A DNA stretch of 63,849 nucleotides, counting the filler, from Bigelowiella natans CCMP2755 (taxonomy: Eukaryota > Protista > Cercozoa): NCBI GenBank assembly GCA_000320545.1. It is 6 parts of 6 records of this genome, joined end to end, with 100 filler letters (N's around TTAATTAATTAA, not from the genome) between each part and the next. Parts side by side here need not be neighbours in the genome. Positions count along the whole stretch, not along the records: positions 1 to 31,545 come from ADNK01000728.1; 5 more parts are not named here. The stretch is one strand, 5' to 3'. This document shows positions 1 to 12,645 of the stretch, in pieces. Position numbers and translations under genes: made by a program. Position 1 is the first letter of the stretch, and each line of letters begins with the position of its first letter. The notes beneath the pieces are model-generated. The model saw only the letters and a list, made by a program, of their open reading frames with translations, did no database searches and had not been told where the DNA came from.

Positions 1-116
1 GTACGTACGTACGTACGTTCCGTAACGTACGTTAACGTACCGTTACCCTACCTACCCTACCTACCTCCCCTCCCCTCCCTCCTCCCTTTCCTCCCCCCCC
101 CCCCTTCTACTATCAG

Positions 117-210
117 GACCCGAGCGACATTGTGCACTTCATGAAGACCTTTCTGGAAGAGAGCAAAACGCACATCTCATCCGTCGCAACATCAGCAGCC
201 ATAGTGGTAA

Positions 211-242
<32 letters not shown>

Positions 243-258
243 CTTCATTATCATCATT

Positions 259-289
<31 letters not shown>

Positions 290-594
290 CTTCCGAGAGA
301 GTGTGCGAGCGTGTTGATGGATTTGGGCTGGCAGATGTAATTCCGGTTTTGGTTTCTTTCATGCGATTATACGCTCAAGCGGCAATTGCTCTCGCAACAA
401 TGGAAGAAGACAATCGTTCTCAGTCTAATGGCGCCGTCATACTCTCTGTCTACGCGTTGCTGTTTGCTGCTGCTGTTATCTATCAGGCCGAGGATTTCAA
501 GCAGATATCGTCCCACGCGTACAAAAGTATGGATTTCTATCAAAATGCTGTTAAATGAATGCCTTTTTAAGCTCGGCACTGACAACGTTTCTGC

Positions 595-639
<45 letters not shown>

Positions 640-2359
640 ATGCGTCACACCACCTGCTTCATGTGCCCACAACCGAGGGTTTTACTGAACGACCTCCTTC
701 TTCTTTCGCCGTGCTATCCTATCTTCAGTCTATTCAAATATGGGAGATTCGAAAGGTAAGGCGCAGAGAGAGGGGGGGAGGGAGGACACATCGTGGGCAT
801 AGCACTAGATTCGCGAAATATAATAAGGATAGGGGCATATTTTGGCCCTGAATCATGGAGTTGAGCTTGCCGTCGTTGTCATCCCCGTCGCCATGAACAC
901 GACAGCTGATAGCTAACTCGTTGGCTCAAAACTTACTTGGATGCTGTTATCACTTGGCACGTCAGCAGCGGAGGCGGCCTCGGACGCGGAAGTTGATGTT
1001 GATCTCTCCGGGTGCGTTGTTGCCAACAAAATCACCATCGTCGTCATCATCGTCATCATTATCATCATCACTATTCTTCACCACTTGCAGAGGATTCACG
1101 CTCATACATTGTACTATCCTGCACCCCCCCCCCCCCATGACTTTGTTCTCCAGTCGCGTGCTCTTGAAAACCCGCGTGGAGAAAATGGGAGAACAGATGG
1201 AGCGGATGAAGGGGTCGGTATGTAGAGAACAACCCAAAAGAGGAAGCAAAATGCACGGGATTGTCCGTCAGGCCAACAAATGACAGATTCGTGCTCCCAC
1301 CCCATCATCATGCTTCTTCCCGTTTGTGTTGCTGCTTTGCTATTCCTATGGACACAGCACGATCGAATAGCGCGAGACGCCCGCCGTGAGCTTGATGATA
1401 CGAAGGCAATGATTGAGGTGATGGATGGCGGGTGGGCGCGGGGGGGGGGGGGGGGGATTGGGGTTGTATATACTCTCGCAAAGCAGGCGGCCTCTCCTTA
1501 CTTCGTGGATTAATCAACGTTAGATCGTGAATGATTGGCAGCTAGTTTACAAGCGGTTGGAAGCTCTGAGAAGAAGTAACAAAGAGAAGGTAGGATGATG
1601 CCGTCACCTATTGGTGGTTCTGGGAGAGAGAAAGAGAGGAGGGGGGAGGCATATACGTATCCAAAATTTATATGAAAATATTACGTGTGAATATGTGATA
1701 TTTAATATATATATAAATATATATATATATATGTATTGTAATCCACCTTCGCACATCGGACATAAAAACCATCATACACGTATATCTCCTGAAAATGATA
1801 CGATAGCGTACGACACGTTAATTTTTTTTTTTTTGCGTGCGTGGCCGCCGCTATTATTGTATATATTCTCCAGGACGCCGCTGAGAAAGAGGGCCTGGAA
1901 AAACTGTCGGTGCTGCTCTTGAAGATCCTCTTTCACGAAGAGCTGAAGTTCTATTGGACGAATAAGATTGAACGCTTCAAGGATGCACACAGTCAGTTCG
2001 CCGCAGAGCAACTCAAAATCGCTGAAACGGTACTTGTGTTGATTGACCACAAAAGAGGTCTGGTTGCTGTGCCGGGCCTGATTGAGAGAAGCGACTTCTC
2101 TTTTTTTTTGTTTTTGAATGGAACTGGGAGGCGCCGTCGTTCTTTCTTTGTTTCGCGAAGATAGAGCAAGATCGGCGGTGTTGTGTGAGTTCAGCACTCA
2201 CGCGTTCAATATGTCGCCCCAATAAACTGGCCGATATCACCAACAAGATTTTGCATGCATATCCCCTGAAAACAGATTGTCCCAAAAAATAGCGAATAAT
2301 AAAGGCCTAATGTATTGCAGGACGAAAATCAACTTTGGTTTTCGACCAGCAATTCCTAG
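117..2359 (+). CDS. 5'-partial multi-exon gene, sorting-nexin/Vps5-type BAR domain C-terminus (putative)
   Basis: AG/GT-bounded helical exons, e.g. HDRIARDARRELDDTKAMIE, IVNDWQLVYKRLEALRRSNKEK, 1874-2029 DAAEKEGLEKLSVLLLKILFHEELKFYWTNKIERFKDAHSQFAAEQLKIAET, and last exon 2321-2359 DENQLWFSTSNS*. The EL..F...K...FK......Q.....W pattern resembles the last BAR helix of SNX-BAR proteins (recalled similarity). Confidence 0.5.
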
Positions 2360-2402
2360 ATTCGGTTACGTTGGCGCCAGTCGGGCACAACATTCTGTTT
2401 AC

Positions 2403-2454
<52 letters not shown>

Positions 2455-3021
2455 TATATTATATACATTACGTTGTATCTATTGTAAGTATGTGTCGATT
2501 GTAAATTTTCCCTCTGCACAAGAGCACGGTTGTAGATGTGCGCCGTCTATATAGCCTTTGCTACCAGGAAGAACGAATCGCAGTTTTGATTTTTGAACAC
2601 CAAAATTGTGTTTCTTATGTCAGCTCTCCAAGGTCTGGGTAGGTGAAGAGAACAGCAAATTAGCAAAAGGGCAACCGGGAGCATTATGAAGGATGCGCAC
2701 AAATTTATTATGAACATATATTTTGTATGACTTGTAACGCTGTCTCAGAACATGTATCGTGATGCGGTGCAAGACTTCCTACATTCATCCAATCCTCTAC
2801 ACTAGTACATGTCTCTGCACATCTGAGTGTCACTATCATGACCTTAATGCTGTACAATAGCATGCATCGTGCCACATGCCGTCCATTGCCCTAGATCATG
2901 CTAGCATGCGGCAGCAGATGCGATCGATGCACGTCCCATAGCGTCTAGCAGGCGTAACTAGTTTGGCGCCACGGCACGATGCAGTTTTACTTGACTTCAG
3001 ACAAGTGTCAGAATTGGCCCT

Positions 3022-3513
3022 GTGGCCCAAAAATCATTGCAAGTACAATGTGCAGATGTACAGATGCCTGGCTCTCGGACAACAGGAATCACATTGAAGC
3101 TGCCAAGCATTGCCATTATTGCCACATCATGGATGCGCGCCATCTGTGGTGTTGGCAATCTTGGTGCATTCATGCTATCCAGAGGACAACGCACAAAACT
3201 GGAAGCAACGTGCGATGTGTGCAACTCATTGCAAGACATGGACCACATTCTGCAATGCAGGAAATACGGACCACAGCGACTCAGAATTAACAAACAACTG
3301 ACAGCGATCATGGATCGCAATGACGAGACCACGCGTCTCACAACCGCAGAGAAAACAAGTCGAGAAGCTGCGCGCAAAGCGCGCCATGCTAGACCAAAAC
3401 AGGATGCATTTTCATGCATGCGCCATGTGACCAAGGAAACAAATAGATGCAATTTAAGCGCTGTAGCCGCTGCATTGCACAGCTACATTAGGATGACCAT
3501 TGAAACAATTTGA
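3022..3513 (+). mobile_element. Decayed non-LTR retrotransposon (LINE) ORF2 3' fragment with CCHC zinc knuckle
   Basis: The ORF contains ATCDVCNSLQDMDHILQCRKY (Cx2C-x7-H-x3-C), typical of the C-terminal knuckle of LINE ORF2. No RT motifs are visible. It lies inside a TpA-depleted island. Confidence 0.55.
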
Positions 3514-3814
3514 ACATTTGATTACATCCGTCTCACAGATGACATGACGCAAGATGTCAGTTGCATCAACAATGACACCGAAAGACATCATGAGAAAATT
3601 GTTTTCATGAAAAATCACAACATCATTCGCAACACGACAATTTGGGCAGAAACACACAAATCACACGAATGACTAACAAACGCATGGAATCAATGAAAAT
3701 CACATTGACATTTTGGTGGTGTTGATTGCTGCGACACTCTGAAGACACGCACGTTTCAATGGAAACCGTGGCATGGCGACCGCTTCCGCTTTTTCGAGTT
3801 GATCGATGGCGACG

Positions 3815-4161
3815 ACTGCTGCCCCCGCACGCTAGCACGCACCACTGCAGACTAGCCAACCCCTCCCGCTTCAATTCCGTGCTTGAGACAAGTGCATTGG
3901 CGCGCAAGCAGCTGGTTCAGCACACTCTGAACGACCCGCAAGCAAGCGGCAAGCTTTCTCCTTTGGCAGTTTGCTCATGCATGGTCAGCTCACGTCATGT
4001 GTTCATCAGGGCATCAGTTTTGTGGACTTGAGCATTGTCAAAGCACACATTGGCACAGTTGTGTTGTCAGCGCTGCGCAATGCAACCACACTGCTGCCCC
4101 CGCACGCACCAGCCAACCCCTCTGAGCCCTCCCGCTTCAATTCCGTGCTTGAGACAAGTGC
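3815..4161 (+). repeat. Degenerate direct repeat pair (about 3815-3895 and 4090-4161)
   Basis: Both copies contain actgctgcccccgcacgc...agccaacccct...ccctcccgcttcaattccgtgcttgagacaagtgc and differ by short insertions and one TA/CA site. Confidence 0.85.
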
Positions 4162-4299
4162 GATGCAAATCCCTCAAGTCTCTGCTGTTGAACACCTGCA
4201 TGGCTGTGCTAGATGGATCCGTGGCTCAATGCAAAGATGCTTGCTGAAGCTTCATCACTTTGAGTTCATCTGGTCATCATCGCTTGCCAAGTCTTGCAT

Positions 4300-4391
4300 G
4301 GGAAAGTCTCCCCATTTCTGTTCTGGCTTGGCCTCAATGTTTGCCTTCATGTCAACCAGGCACTTCCAGACTTGACCATCTCCAAATGACC
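4300..4391 (-). pseudogene. Ankyrin-repeat remnant broken by small insertions
   Basis: The minus strand reads GHLEMVK [8-nt insertion] CLVDMKANIEAK [4-nt insertion] NRNGET [2-nt insertion] P, which matches the ankyrin consensus GHLEVVKYLV.xGANI.AK.xxG.TP. Confidence 0.6.
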
Positions 4392-4875
4392 CTTTTTGAA
4401 ACCCGCATGTTTTCCATCTCATGCTAGCATGCCAGCATGTAGCTAGCTAGCTAGTCGATCTGGTTGCAGCTACGATAGCTGTCCGCACTAGCCTAGTAGC
4501 ACATGTCTCATCGCTAGATGTCGCACCAGCACCATTCTGTCGATGTCGTAATGACCAGCTAATTGAAGGTGGCGAGATTTCTGTCGTGTCATAGACGTCG
4601 CATGCTAGAATGTCACTTCGATTCTAGACTTGTTGCTACAGCATGTCTAGATGTGTGTGGTGCACATTGCATCACTTGTCCACAGTAGACATTGCAATGC
4701 TATTCATTTATTTTGGCACGTACGAGTTTTACATAGCAAATACTAGTTTCCCTAGTTTTTAATTTTGGATATATAGCTTGTTTAAATTTACAATATCTTA
4801 CAAATATGGATGATGTGCCTGCAGTATTACCAGGAACGGTTCGCAGTGCGGTGTGATTGAATTATCGACAACACT

Positions 4876-5208
4876 TCAATCGAGATTTTTATTTTTGGCT
4901 TTGCCAAGTCGGCGCAAAGCGTGGTTGTAGTAGTTCGAGGTCTCAGCTACATTCTGGGGAGCGCCTTCACTGATGTTTTGCATTCGGCGCTGTTTACTCC
5001 AAGTGATATGAGGTGCTTGGGTGAACATGCGACTGACAAAGTACGTAGTAAGGACACCTCCCAAACCAACGACAACGAGCAAGGGGTAAGTAGCAGTATC
5101 CCCCAGCCAAATTGCGCTGTAGTTCTTAGGGTTGGTGTATTGGGCGAATCCACGCTTTGGTGCAGCCTTAATGCTACGTGAAGCACGGAGAAGAGATGAT
5201 CGAAGCAT
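4876..5208 (-). CDS. NDUFA4/B12D (MLRQ-like) small mitochondrial membrane protein
   Basis: 110-aa ORF with an Arg/Ser-rich presequence (MLRSSLLRASRSIKA), the WLGDTATYPL motif followed by one TM helix, then PHITWSKQRR. Confidence 0.75.
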   Translation of the reverse strand: MLRSSLLRASRSIKAAPKRGFAQYTNPKNYSAIWLGDTATYPLLVVVGLGGVLTTYFVSRMFTQAPHITWSKQRRMQNISEGAPQNVAETSNYYNHALRRLGKAKNKNLD

Positions 5209-6246
5209 TGTCGAGTTTAACAGATATCTGACACAAAAAACAATCGTTGAGCCCCTTCAATAAAGTATCTGAGGCAATTGTGAAAATAGCATTTAAGCAC
5301 CATCCATTTTATGCAGTAATTATATTGGTGTAAATGAGAGACTCTGGTAAGCATACTCGTAATGAAAATCAACTGAAGGAGAAAAGGCAAACAACATTCA
5401 AATACCTGGTAAGGGGGGGGAAAGCTTGAAATCTAAACAATCTGCTCCCGAGATGAGCCAAAAAGTAAGCATTTGTGCACCCGGTTTCCATGCAGAGCAG
5501 ACAACTGTGTTTCGGAAATGCTGGGTATAATCAATGTCGTACTACAATAATATAATGGAGAATGACTATATTTGCGGATTATCGGAAAACAATCACGATC
5601 TTAGACTCATTGGATGAGTATTCTTCTGCGCGCGTAAAATTAAATGGGAATTCTTGCGATCCCGGACTCAATTTCAGACCAAACTCCTTACAATAATTCG
5701 ACCTTTAAAGCCGTTCCGAACACCAAAAGATTGGCACCTTCCTTCTAATGGATGAAAGTTAGCTTGTACTTTGCATTAATTCACGCGAACCTAGCAAATG
5801 AAAATTGTCGGATGAGTCTGACAACTTCCCAACTCCCAAATCGAACGCTGTGCGCCAAAATTAGGCAAATTGTCTGATGTCTGTCTTGGAGGGTTCCTGT
5901 TTGGATACGGGGGTATGGCCATTGTTAACGTTTCGAATGTGTCGAGTAAGATAATTTCACCTTAAACGCAAACTAAAGAGTGCAGGGTATGGTATCTAGC
6001 GTGGTTATGGCCATGGCACCACGGGGTTTTTGCCTATTTGTCTGTCCTCTTCCTTGTCGCTTCGGGCCGAAAAGCCAACGCTCGAACACGCACAAATTTG
6101 TATCAACAATGATGTCGGGAGAGCTGCCTGTGTATGACCGAGGAAGACCGATGATTCCTTGCAATTGCAATGGAGGAGTTTATGGCTTTGCGGCAAGGAA
6201 ATTAGGCGGGCAACAGGAGGACATTGGGAAACGGCGGTCCAGGGGA

Positions 6247-9200
6247 TGGCTCCCGTGCTGGTCTGGGTCAAGATAATGGCGCTACTTGGCTCATCCGTGG
6301 CTGCTGTCCATCTTGTCGCCAGGGCGAAGCGAACGCCTTGCATGTTGTCCCTTAGTGGCCTGCGGGTGGCGCACCCAAGGTCTTGGGCGATATCTTATCT
6401 TGGCCATCACGAATTACTCATGTTCTCGAAACGTAGGATGAAGCAGCGACTGCGCTGTGCCGGTACAGTTTCTCGGCGCACAGTCTGCAAAAAAATATTG
6501 CGCCGGATACGGCAGCCCGGAATTCGAATGAGTGCTGAGAAAGCCTCTTCTTTCTCCTCCTCTTCCCCGCCTCAATTCCCGGCCATATCTCTCAAGATCG
6601 ACTTAGATGAGGTACGCCAGCTCCCGAGAATGGACAAATACTGCTGAATAAATTCGTTAAAAAATCCAGGTTTCATCAACTTGGGGGGGGAGACGAATGC
6701 CAAAGTTCAAAGGTTCTGTTCGTTGAGGAAGGAGGAAGATTATGCTTGCCACGCTACTGCTGCTGCCACTACTTTTACTGCTGCTGTTGCTGCTGCTGCT
6801 GTGCTGCAACTGTTTTTATTTATTTCGCGACCGTTTAGGAATGGACGCTCGTTCTAGCGCACTCGTAACTGTTGCGTACGCCGATAGTCCTGAGATCTGT
6901 GAGTATAACTAGAATCAACTATCCAACTATCGAGCATCTTTATTGTTCTGCAGTCTTTTGCTGTTACATTGTGATGGGGGGTGTTTGCGTGAAAGACCAG
7001 ATTAAGCATTGTACCACACTGCTTGGCATTTGCTTTTGATTCTTCTTACATAAATATACCAATGGGCGGCTTCGGATCCATTGCATGCTGAACATCTGCT
7101 TACGTGCGTATCGCATACGCACACCGCATGTTGCACACACGCGTTCACACAGAGCCACAAACATTGACAATTCTGAAAACAGCGATAGCTCTTTTTTTAA
7201 TTTATGACGTTATTTATTCTTAGTGGAAGGATGGAAGCGCACCGGGCCTCCTGCAATCATCGTCAAACCGACGATCCAGGAGGTAGTTGTTTGTAAGAAA
7301 GCACGGCAGTTGTTGTTACTCTAGACTGTTATGACGCACTAAGTTGCAGTATAGAGTATAGCGTACTTACCAAACAGGAGCGCGACGGATGGCACACCCT
7401 CATCTCAAGCAAGGAAACGAAGAAGCGTCCTTCAACCCCCGAGAAGATATTGTGCATCTTCGCAACTTTTCGGGCAATAACAATTTATCATTACAATAAT
7501 AATAACAATGATAACAATGATGATGATAATAATAAAAGAGTAATAATATCTGACGATGCAGTAAAAGGCCCCGCCAACAAACAAGTAACAACGATTGTTT
7601 TCCAAATAACAGGCCGTCGAGGAGGGAGGGACAATGAGCTCCGAATTCCCATTCCAATGGAGGCAGCCAGCAGATGCTGATGATGACGGCCATGACGTAT
7701 GTTTTCGTTTCCCATATGATTTTTTTGTGTTTTCCTCAACTCGAAATGGGGCCTGCTAATTGTGCGTACGTGCGTGCTTGCGTGTGTTCGTTTTTGGGGA
7801 CCAGTGTTACATTGAGTGCAGCATAGAAGCTCTTCCCACCAGCGCAAGCTCCACGTTCCTACTCTCCGACAGCAGCAATGACAATGGGGTAGCTTAATAA
7901 GCAGGCTCTTCTGCTTCCTGGTTGCCGACAAATGCTGCTATCTGGGCGTTTTGATATGGATGCATACCCGTTGTTCCCCCTCCTCCCCCTCCCCCTCCCC
8001 CTCCTCCTCCTGCTCCTCCTCCTCCTCCTCCTCCTCGTTCACAGATCTTGGTGTTTGGAAGATGGACGAAGAATGGCCCGTTTTCCTGTCTCGGCAAAGG
8101 CCGAACTTGCGGCATCAGGGGAGGGGACCGAGGAGAGGGCGATACTACGAATGACCGCTGCTATTCTATCAAGCTAACCGACCTCTCCGGTACGTCGGTG
8201 GGGGTCTGAAATCGGCACACGCGCGCACCTCATAGTGATCAGCGGCATTTGCGAATTTGAGCAATGGTGTTTTGTTTGCGCTGCGGCGATGTGAATATAG
8301 GAAAGCAGGTGTATCGGCTGTCGCGATCATTGCCGGTCAAACCGTCGTTTGACACGAGGCGCACCAGCTTTGACCCCCCCGCCATCGTCGGCTCTATTAG
8401 AGGTACTGCTTCTGATGCTATCATCGCCACCATAAGCAGCGACAGATGATTCATTATACGATGTTATTATATATAGCGTGCGTATGCATGCGCACTCAAT
8501 CGTTGTATTTGTGTGGTCGTGCATGTTTCTCCAGGGTTGGCTCAGCAGACGTGGATCGACGTTCTCACACCGTACTACTCTTCCTACTTCGCAGATCATC
8601 AATAACCCCCCCACCATTCCATAAGTCACCACCGTTCGATTCCATCTAATCTAACAAAATAGCATATTCGTGTGATAATGCGTGATGCCTACTTGACCAG
8701 TGTGTGGACGGGGCACGTCGTGGTCGATTGCACGTGCGGAAATGGCCACGACTCCGCCTTTTTGGCGCATCTACTCTTCAATTCGCAGCAGGAATCACCG
8801 TCGCAATCGTCGCCGTCCGCGTTCGGATATGCGCGCCCGAGCGTCCTTTATTGCATCGACGTTAGCGAGGCCGCCATTTCAAACACACGTAAGCGGTGAG
8901 GAAGGCATCCACTCTCACGCCCCTCTCTCTCTCATCAATCCATCCCCCAACTTGCCCTCCCCCCCCCCTTTCCCTCGGAGCCCTAACCGAACGCATCTCT
9001 CTCGACGATATTTCCAAGCGTACGAACAATTTCTGCCTGTGTTGTGGGGGCGCTGTGCATGTCGGAGCCCCCCCCCTCATTTCGTATTTTTGTTGGAAAA
9101 AGTGTGGAGGACATCATGGGAGGAAGCGCGAGCATTATTTCGGAACTCTCGCCGAAGAATCTCAGTAGTAGCGGCAAAGCGACCGCCGGACATCCCGAAG

Positions 9201-9892
9201 CCCAGAACCATGAAATTAGGATTTTACGAGCGTCGCATGAGACCTTTCCACCCGTACGGAACGAGGAAGAAAAGAAGAAGAAGAAGAAGAAGAAGAAGAA
9301 GAAGAAGCACGCACATAGAATACCGAGAGTTGTATATCGCCCATTCATGACTGTGTGTAAATGCTTGAGGGGATATTTAGGCGTAATCCATAGTGCGAGA
9401 TGCAAGATTTGTTTGTGTGTGCGCGTGTGTATGATCTTTATTTAACACTATCCTTGCTGCAGGAATTACGGAACGAGACAGTCTCGTTGATGATTTGGAA
9501 TCTTGGTAAATTCATAAAGCATAATACGTACACATTTAAACACACATAAACACTCGCTCACTCACTCACACGCACACACACATTGTTGCGAGCGAAGGGT
9601 TGGTCGCATGCGCGCATGAGGGAGATCTTTAGATTAAGGATGCAAACAACGCCTCAATCGCGCATCTTATAATAGAGAGCTACAGAGCGCCACCACCCAT
9701 TCTTATATTCCTCCTCACCAGGGTTTCTCCCGGGAGCAACAACGAACAAAAACACCACGAAAACGGAGGCTGCAACAACCTTGAACAGCATATCAAACGC
9801 GGTTCCCCTAATAGCCAAAGGCGGCGCCTTATCCATATCACTATATCCAGGCCATTCCGGTACTGTGTACACGGCGAGGGGGCGGAGAGAGC

Positions 9893-9934
<42 letters not shown>

Positions 9935-10130
9935 GGAGGGGGGGGGGGGGGAGAGAAAGAGGGAGAGAAAGATAGAAGGGACAGAGAAAAGGGGAGGGCG
10001 CGAAAAACACACCCATGTCTAATCCTCCAGGCGGGGACGCCGAGGCAGCTGCAATAGAGAATGCGCTCTCAGATACAAACTTCTGGCTTAAAGCAGGCTC
10101 GCAGCCGCAAGAATGGAGGGTGCTCGCGCT
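6247..10130 (+). CDS. Multi-exon SAM-dependent methyltransferase, MnmM/YtqB ('putative rRNA methylase') family; 5' and 3' limits uncertain
   Basis: Exons encode LAQQTWIDVLTP, VVVDCTCGNGHDSAFLA, LYCIDVSEAAISNT, ASHETFP, LMIWNLG|FLPG, GGALSISLYPGHSG and GDAEAAAI, which are the characteristic family motifs. The first exon (6247-6610) is hydrophobic then Arg-rich, like a targeting leader. Its linkage to the core exons (8533-10130) is inferred. Confidence 0.75.
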
Positions 10131-10243
10131 TTTGTAGCATCAGCATGCATCTTGATTATTCCCTATCGATGTAGATTCGCTCCATGGGCATGTACACGTG
10201 CACATGTGAAACACACACGCTCACACTCACATCACACTCATAC

Positions 10244-10276
<33 letters not shown>

Positions 10277-10506
10277 ACACACGCACACACACACACACAC
10301 ACATACACACACACATACACACATACACACACGCATACACACATGCGCGCGCGCGACCGCAATAATGCAGAAACGCACTGACTCACCTGCTATGAAGTCG
10401 AGACAAGTGACTTGCTGAACCCTCTTTTGGCGTTTGCGTCGCCGATTTCTCTTTTTTTTTTCACATTAAGCTTTATAATATTACGCACACACATACACAC
10501 ACATTG

Positions 10507-10550
<44 letters not shown>

Positions 10551-11102
10551 TATGATTTATTACTGAAAAACTTTTCAGAACAAAAATTCAAAGTTATTTC
10601 GTCGGACACTTGATTATTTCGCCTGAAACCGATGGCCATCAGGTAATGAGGCATCGGAATCTGGTGAACGAGAAGGCCCCATACCTAGTCGTTGCGTCGA
10701 GACTATTCCAATAGCACCTTGCAACAGCTTTCTTTCCAACGCCAAGAGACTGAACGTAGCACCGCTTTGTCCGAGGTGTCGCTGCAGTATATATGCTATT
10801 ACTGTGTCTATAATCAGATAGTAAATTGCTAATAAATGTAGGGGGCTGACCCATCGATCGGTAGCCTTTCTCGAGGGTGCGTACATGCACCCGTCTACTT
10901 GCATCAATGCTTGCTAGCTTGGGCAGCAGGTTTTGCGCATAGACTGCGTACCAAATCAATCGAGCAGCATGCAGCACTAGAGCAGCTGCTGCATGGTGCA
11001 TACAGAGCATATAGAAGTTGCGTTGGTATATTCTAGGTATTTGCAGATAAAATAAAAACTGAGACGCGCCGCTGCAATGCTGGTTAACAACACTCGCAGC
11101 GA

Positions 11103-11140
<38 letters not shown>

Positions 11141-11474
11141 ACGACATGCATGTCAGCTCGGTTAACTTTGGTGGATTTGCTGCGTGAGCTATAATGATTA
11201 CTAGATTACAATATTAGCTGCTCCGCAGCATTTCTGTCAGATCGTTCAGATATCACACGTTGCTTATGCATCGTCACAACTGGAACGATAGAAAATGTGG
11301 TGCCGTTAGACCGCACCCGTAGCATCATTTCTGCCGGGCTAAAAGTATACTTCCTGCAACCCCAGCCACACGCAGGGTCCACGCCTCACCGATCCTCGCC
11401 AATTTTGCTGAAATAACAGTAATGAAATCGGGCAGCCGCAGTGGTGGAATAGCTGTGTGGCATGCGTTCAAGCC

Positions 11475-11516
<42 letters not shown>

Positions 11517-11543
11517 GTTACATCAGTGATTGCTGATGATGCT

Positions 11544-12580
11544 TCACGTCTCTTACCGAGAGCTCGAAGTGGCTTTGACTTCATCCTCACGCCCTCGTCG
11601 CTCGCGGCGACATACAAACAGTGATGAACTTGTTTTGGAGAACAAACCAGAAAGCCAAAAAAAAAACAAGCAGCCATTAATGAGCTATGTGCTGGAGACT
11701 GAGAAAGGCTGCAAGACCCAGCTCTACTACGTGAGTACTCCCGCCACTGTCCCTGTGCCGCGCGCGCATTCTCCACGCTATATTTACTTTTACGCGTCGG
11801 CCTCATTTACTTCCTCCCTCGTACCTGCAAGGGCGCAGATGTACCCAAGTGCTATGCGCGAGGAGAGTTCGGCCACGAACGACACAGCAGCGTGGATGAT
11901 TCTGATGAAAACGATACAACTATGAGGTATATTGTGAGAAAAAGGGGGGGGTGATAGTGATGGCTGGACGCCTGTGCATATCGCTTGTATTAATTGACAA
12001 TGCAAACACCGAATGAATTCTCCTGCCCTTTCTTTTTCGCGTTTTCACCGTATCCTCCCATATTCTTGTTGTAATCATCAATATTGTAGTAGTAGTAGTA
12101 GTAGTAGTAGTAGCTGTTGTTGTATCTTTCTTTCATCATGCCATCTCACATAATGAAGCTTAACACGATAGCTCCCACCGGCCCTTCTATTGGCCTGAAA
12201 AGAGATAGATAAGGTTGTAGCAGATTATTAAGGCAACGTTGATAACACATAACACGATGCGATGTAACATATGCTATGATAGTAAATGGGCAGGTGCTTG
12301 ATCATTGATCATGCGGTGAATACTATTACTTGTTCTGCTGGGTGGCTATCGTTTTGTCCAAAGAACGCATAGCTGGTGCATACGCGCCAAGAAACACTAA
12401 CGTGCTGACGCCCATCAACTGAAAATTAAAAAGCAATATTTTGCATTTTGTCCGGCACATCGAAAGACTACAGGTAAGCTCCCAGATAATAACTCCCCTA
12501 GGTCGATTTATAGCAAAATTGCCTGTAGCATGCCGTCAGCTGTGTCCATTATCATAGTCCTAATCTTTCCTAACCGGGCA

Positions 12581-12645
<65 letters not shown>

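Noticed and set aside
1-70. (GTAC)n-like start as a telomere or satellite
   Set aside because: An irregular TACG-cycling pattern at a contig edge looks like low-quality pyrosequencing read end, not a stable repeat unit.
3726-4375. ORF-track ORFs inside TpA-poor islands (also 23778-24752, 27176-28107, 33226-33626) as genes
   Set aside because: Loss of TAA/TAG codons lengthens frames artificially. The products are His/Cys/Met-rich with no motifs.
2750-4720. CpG-methylation decay or fungal RIP as the cause of TG/CA excess
   Set aside because: CpG remains common (about 38 in 900 bp) and TpA, the RIP product, is the missing dinucleotide.
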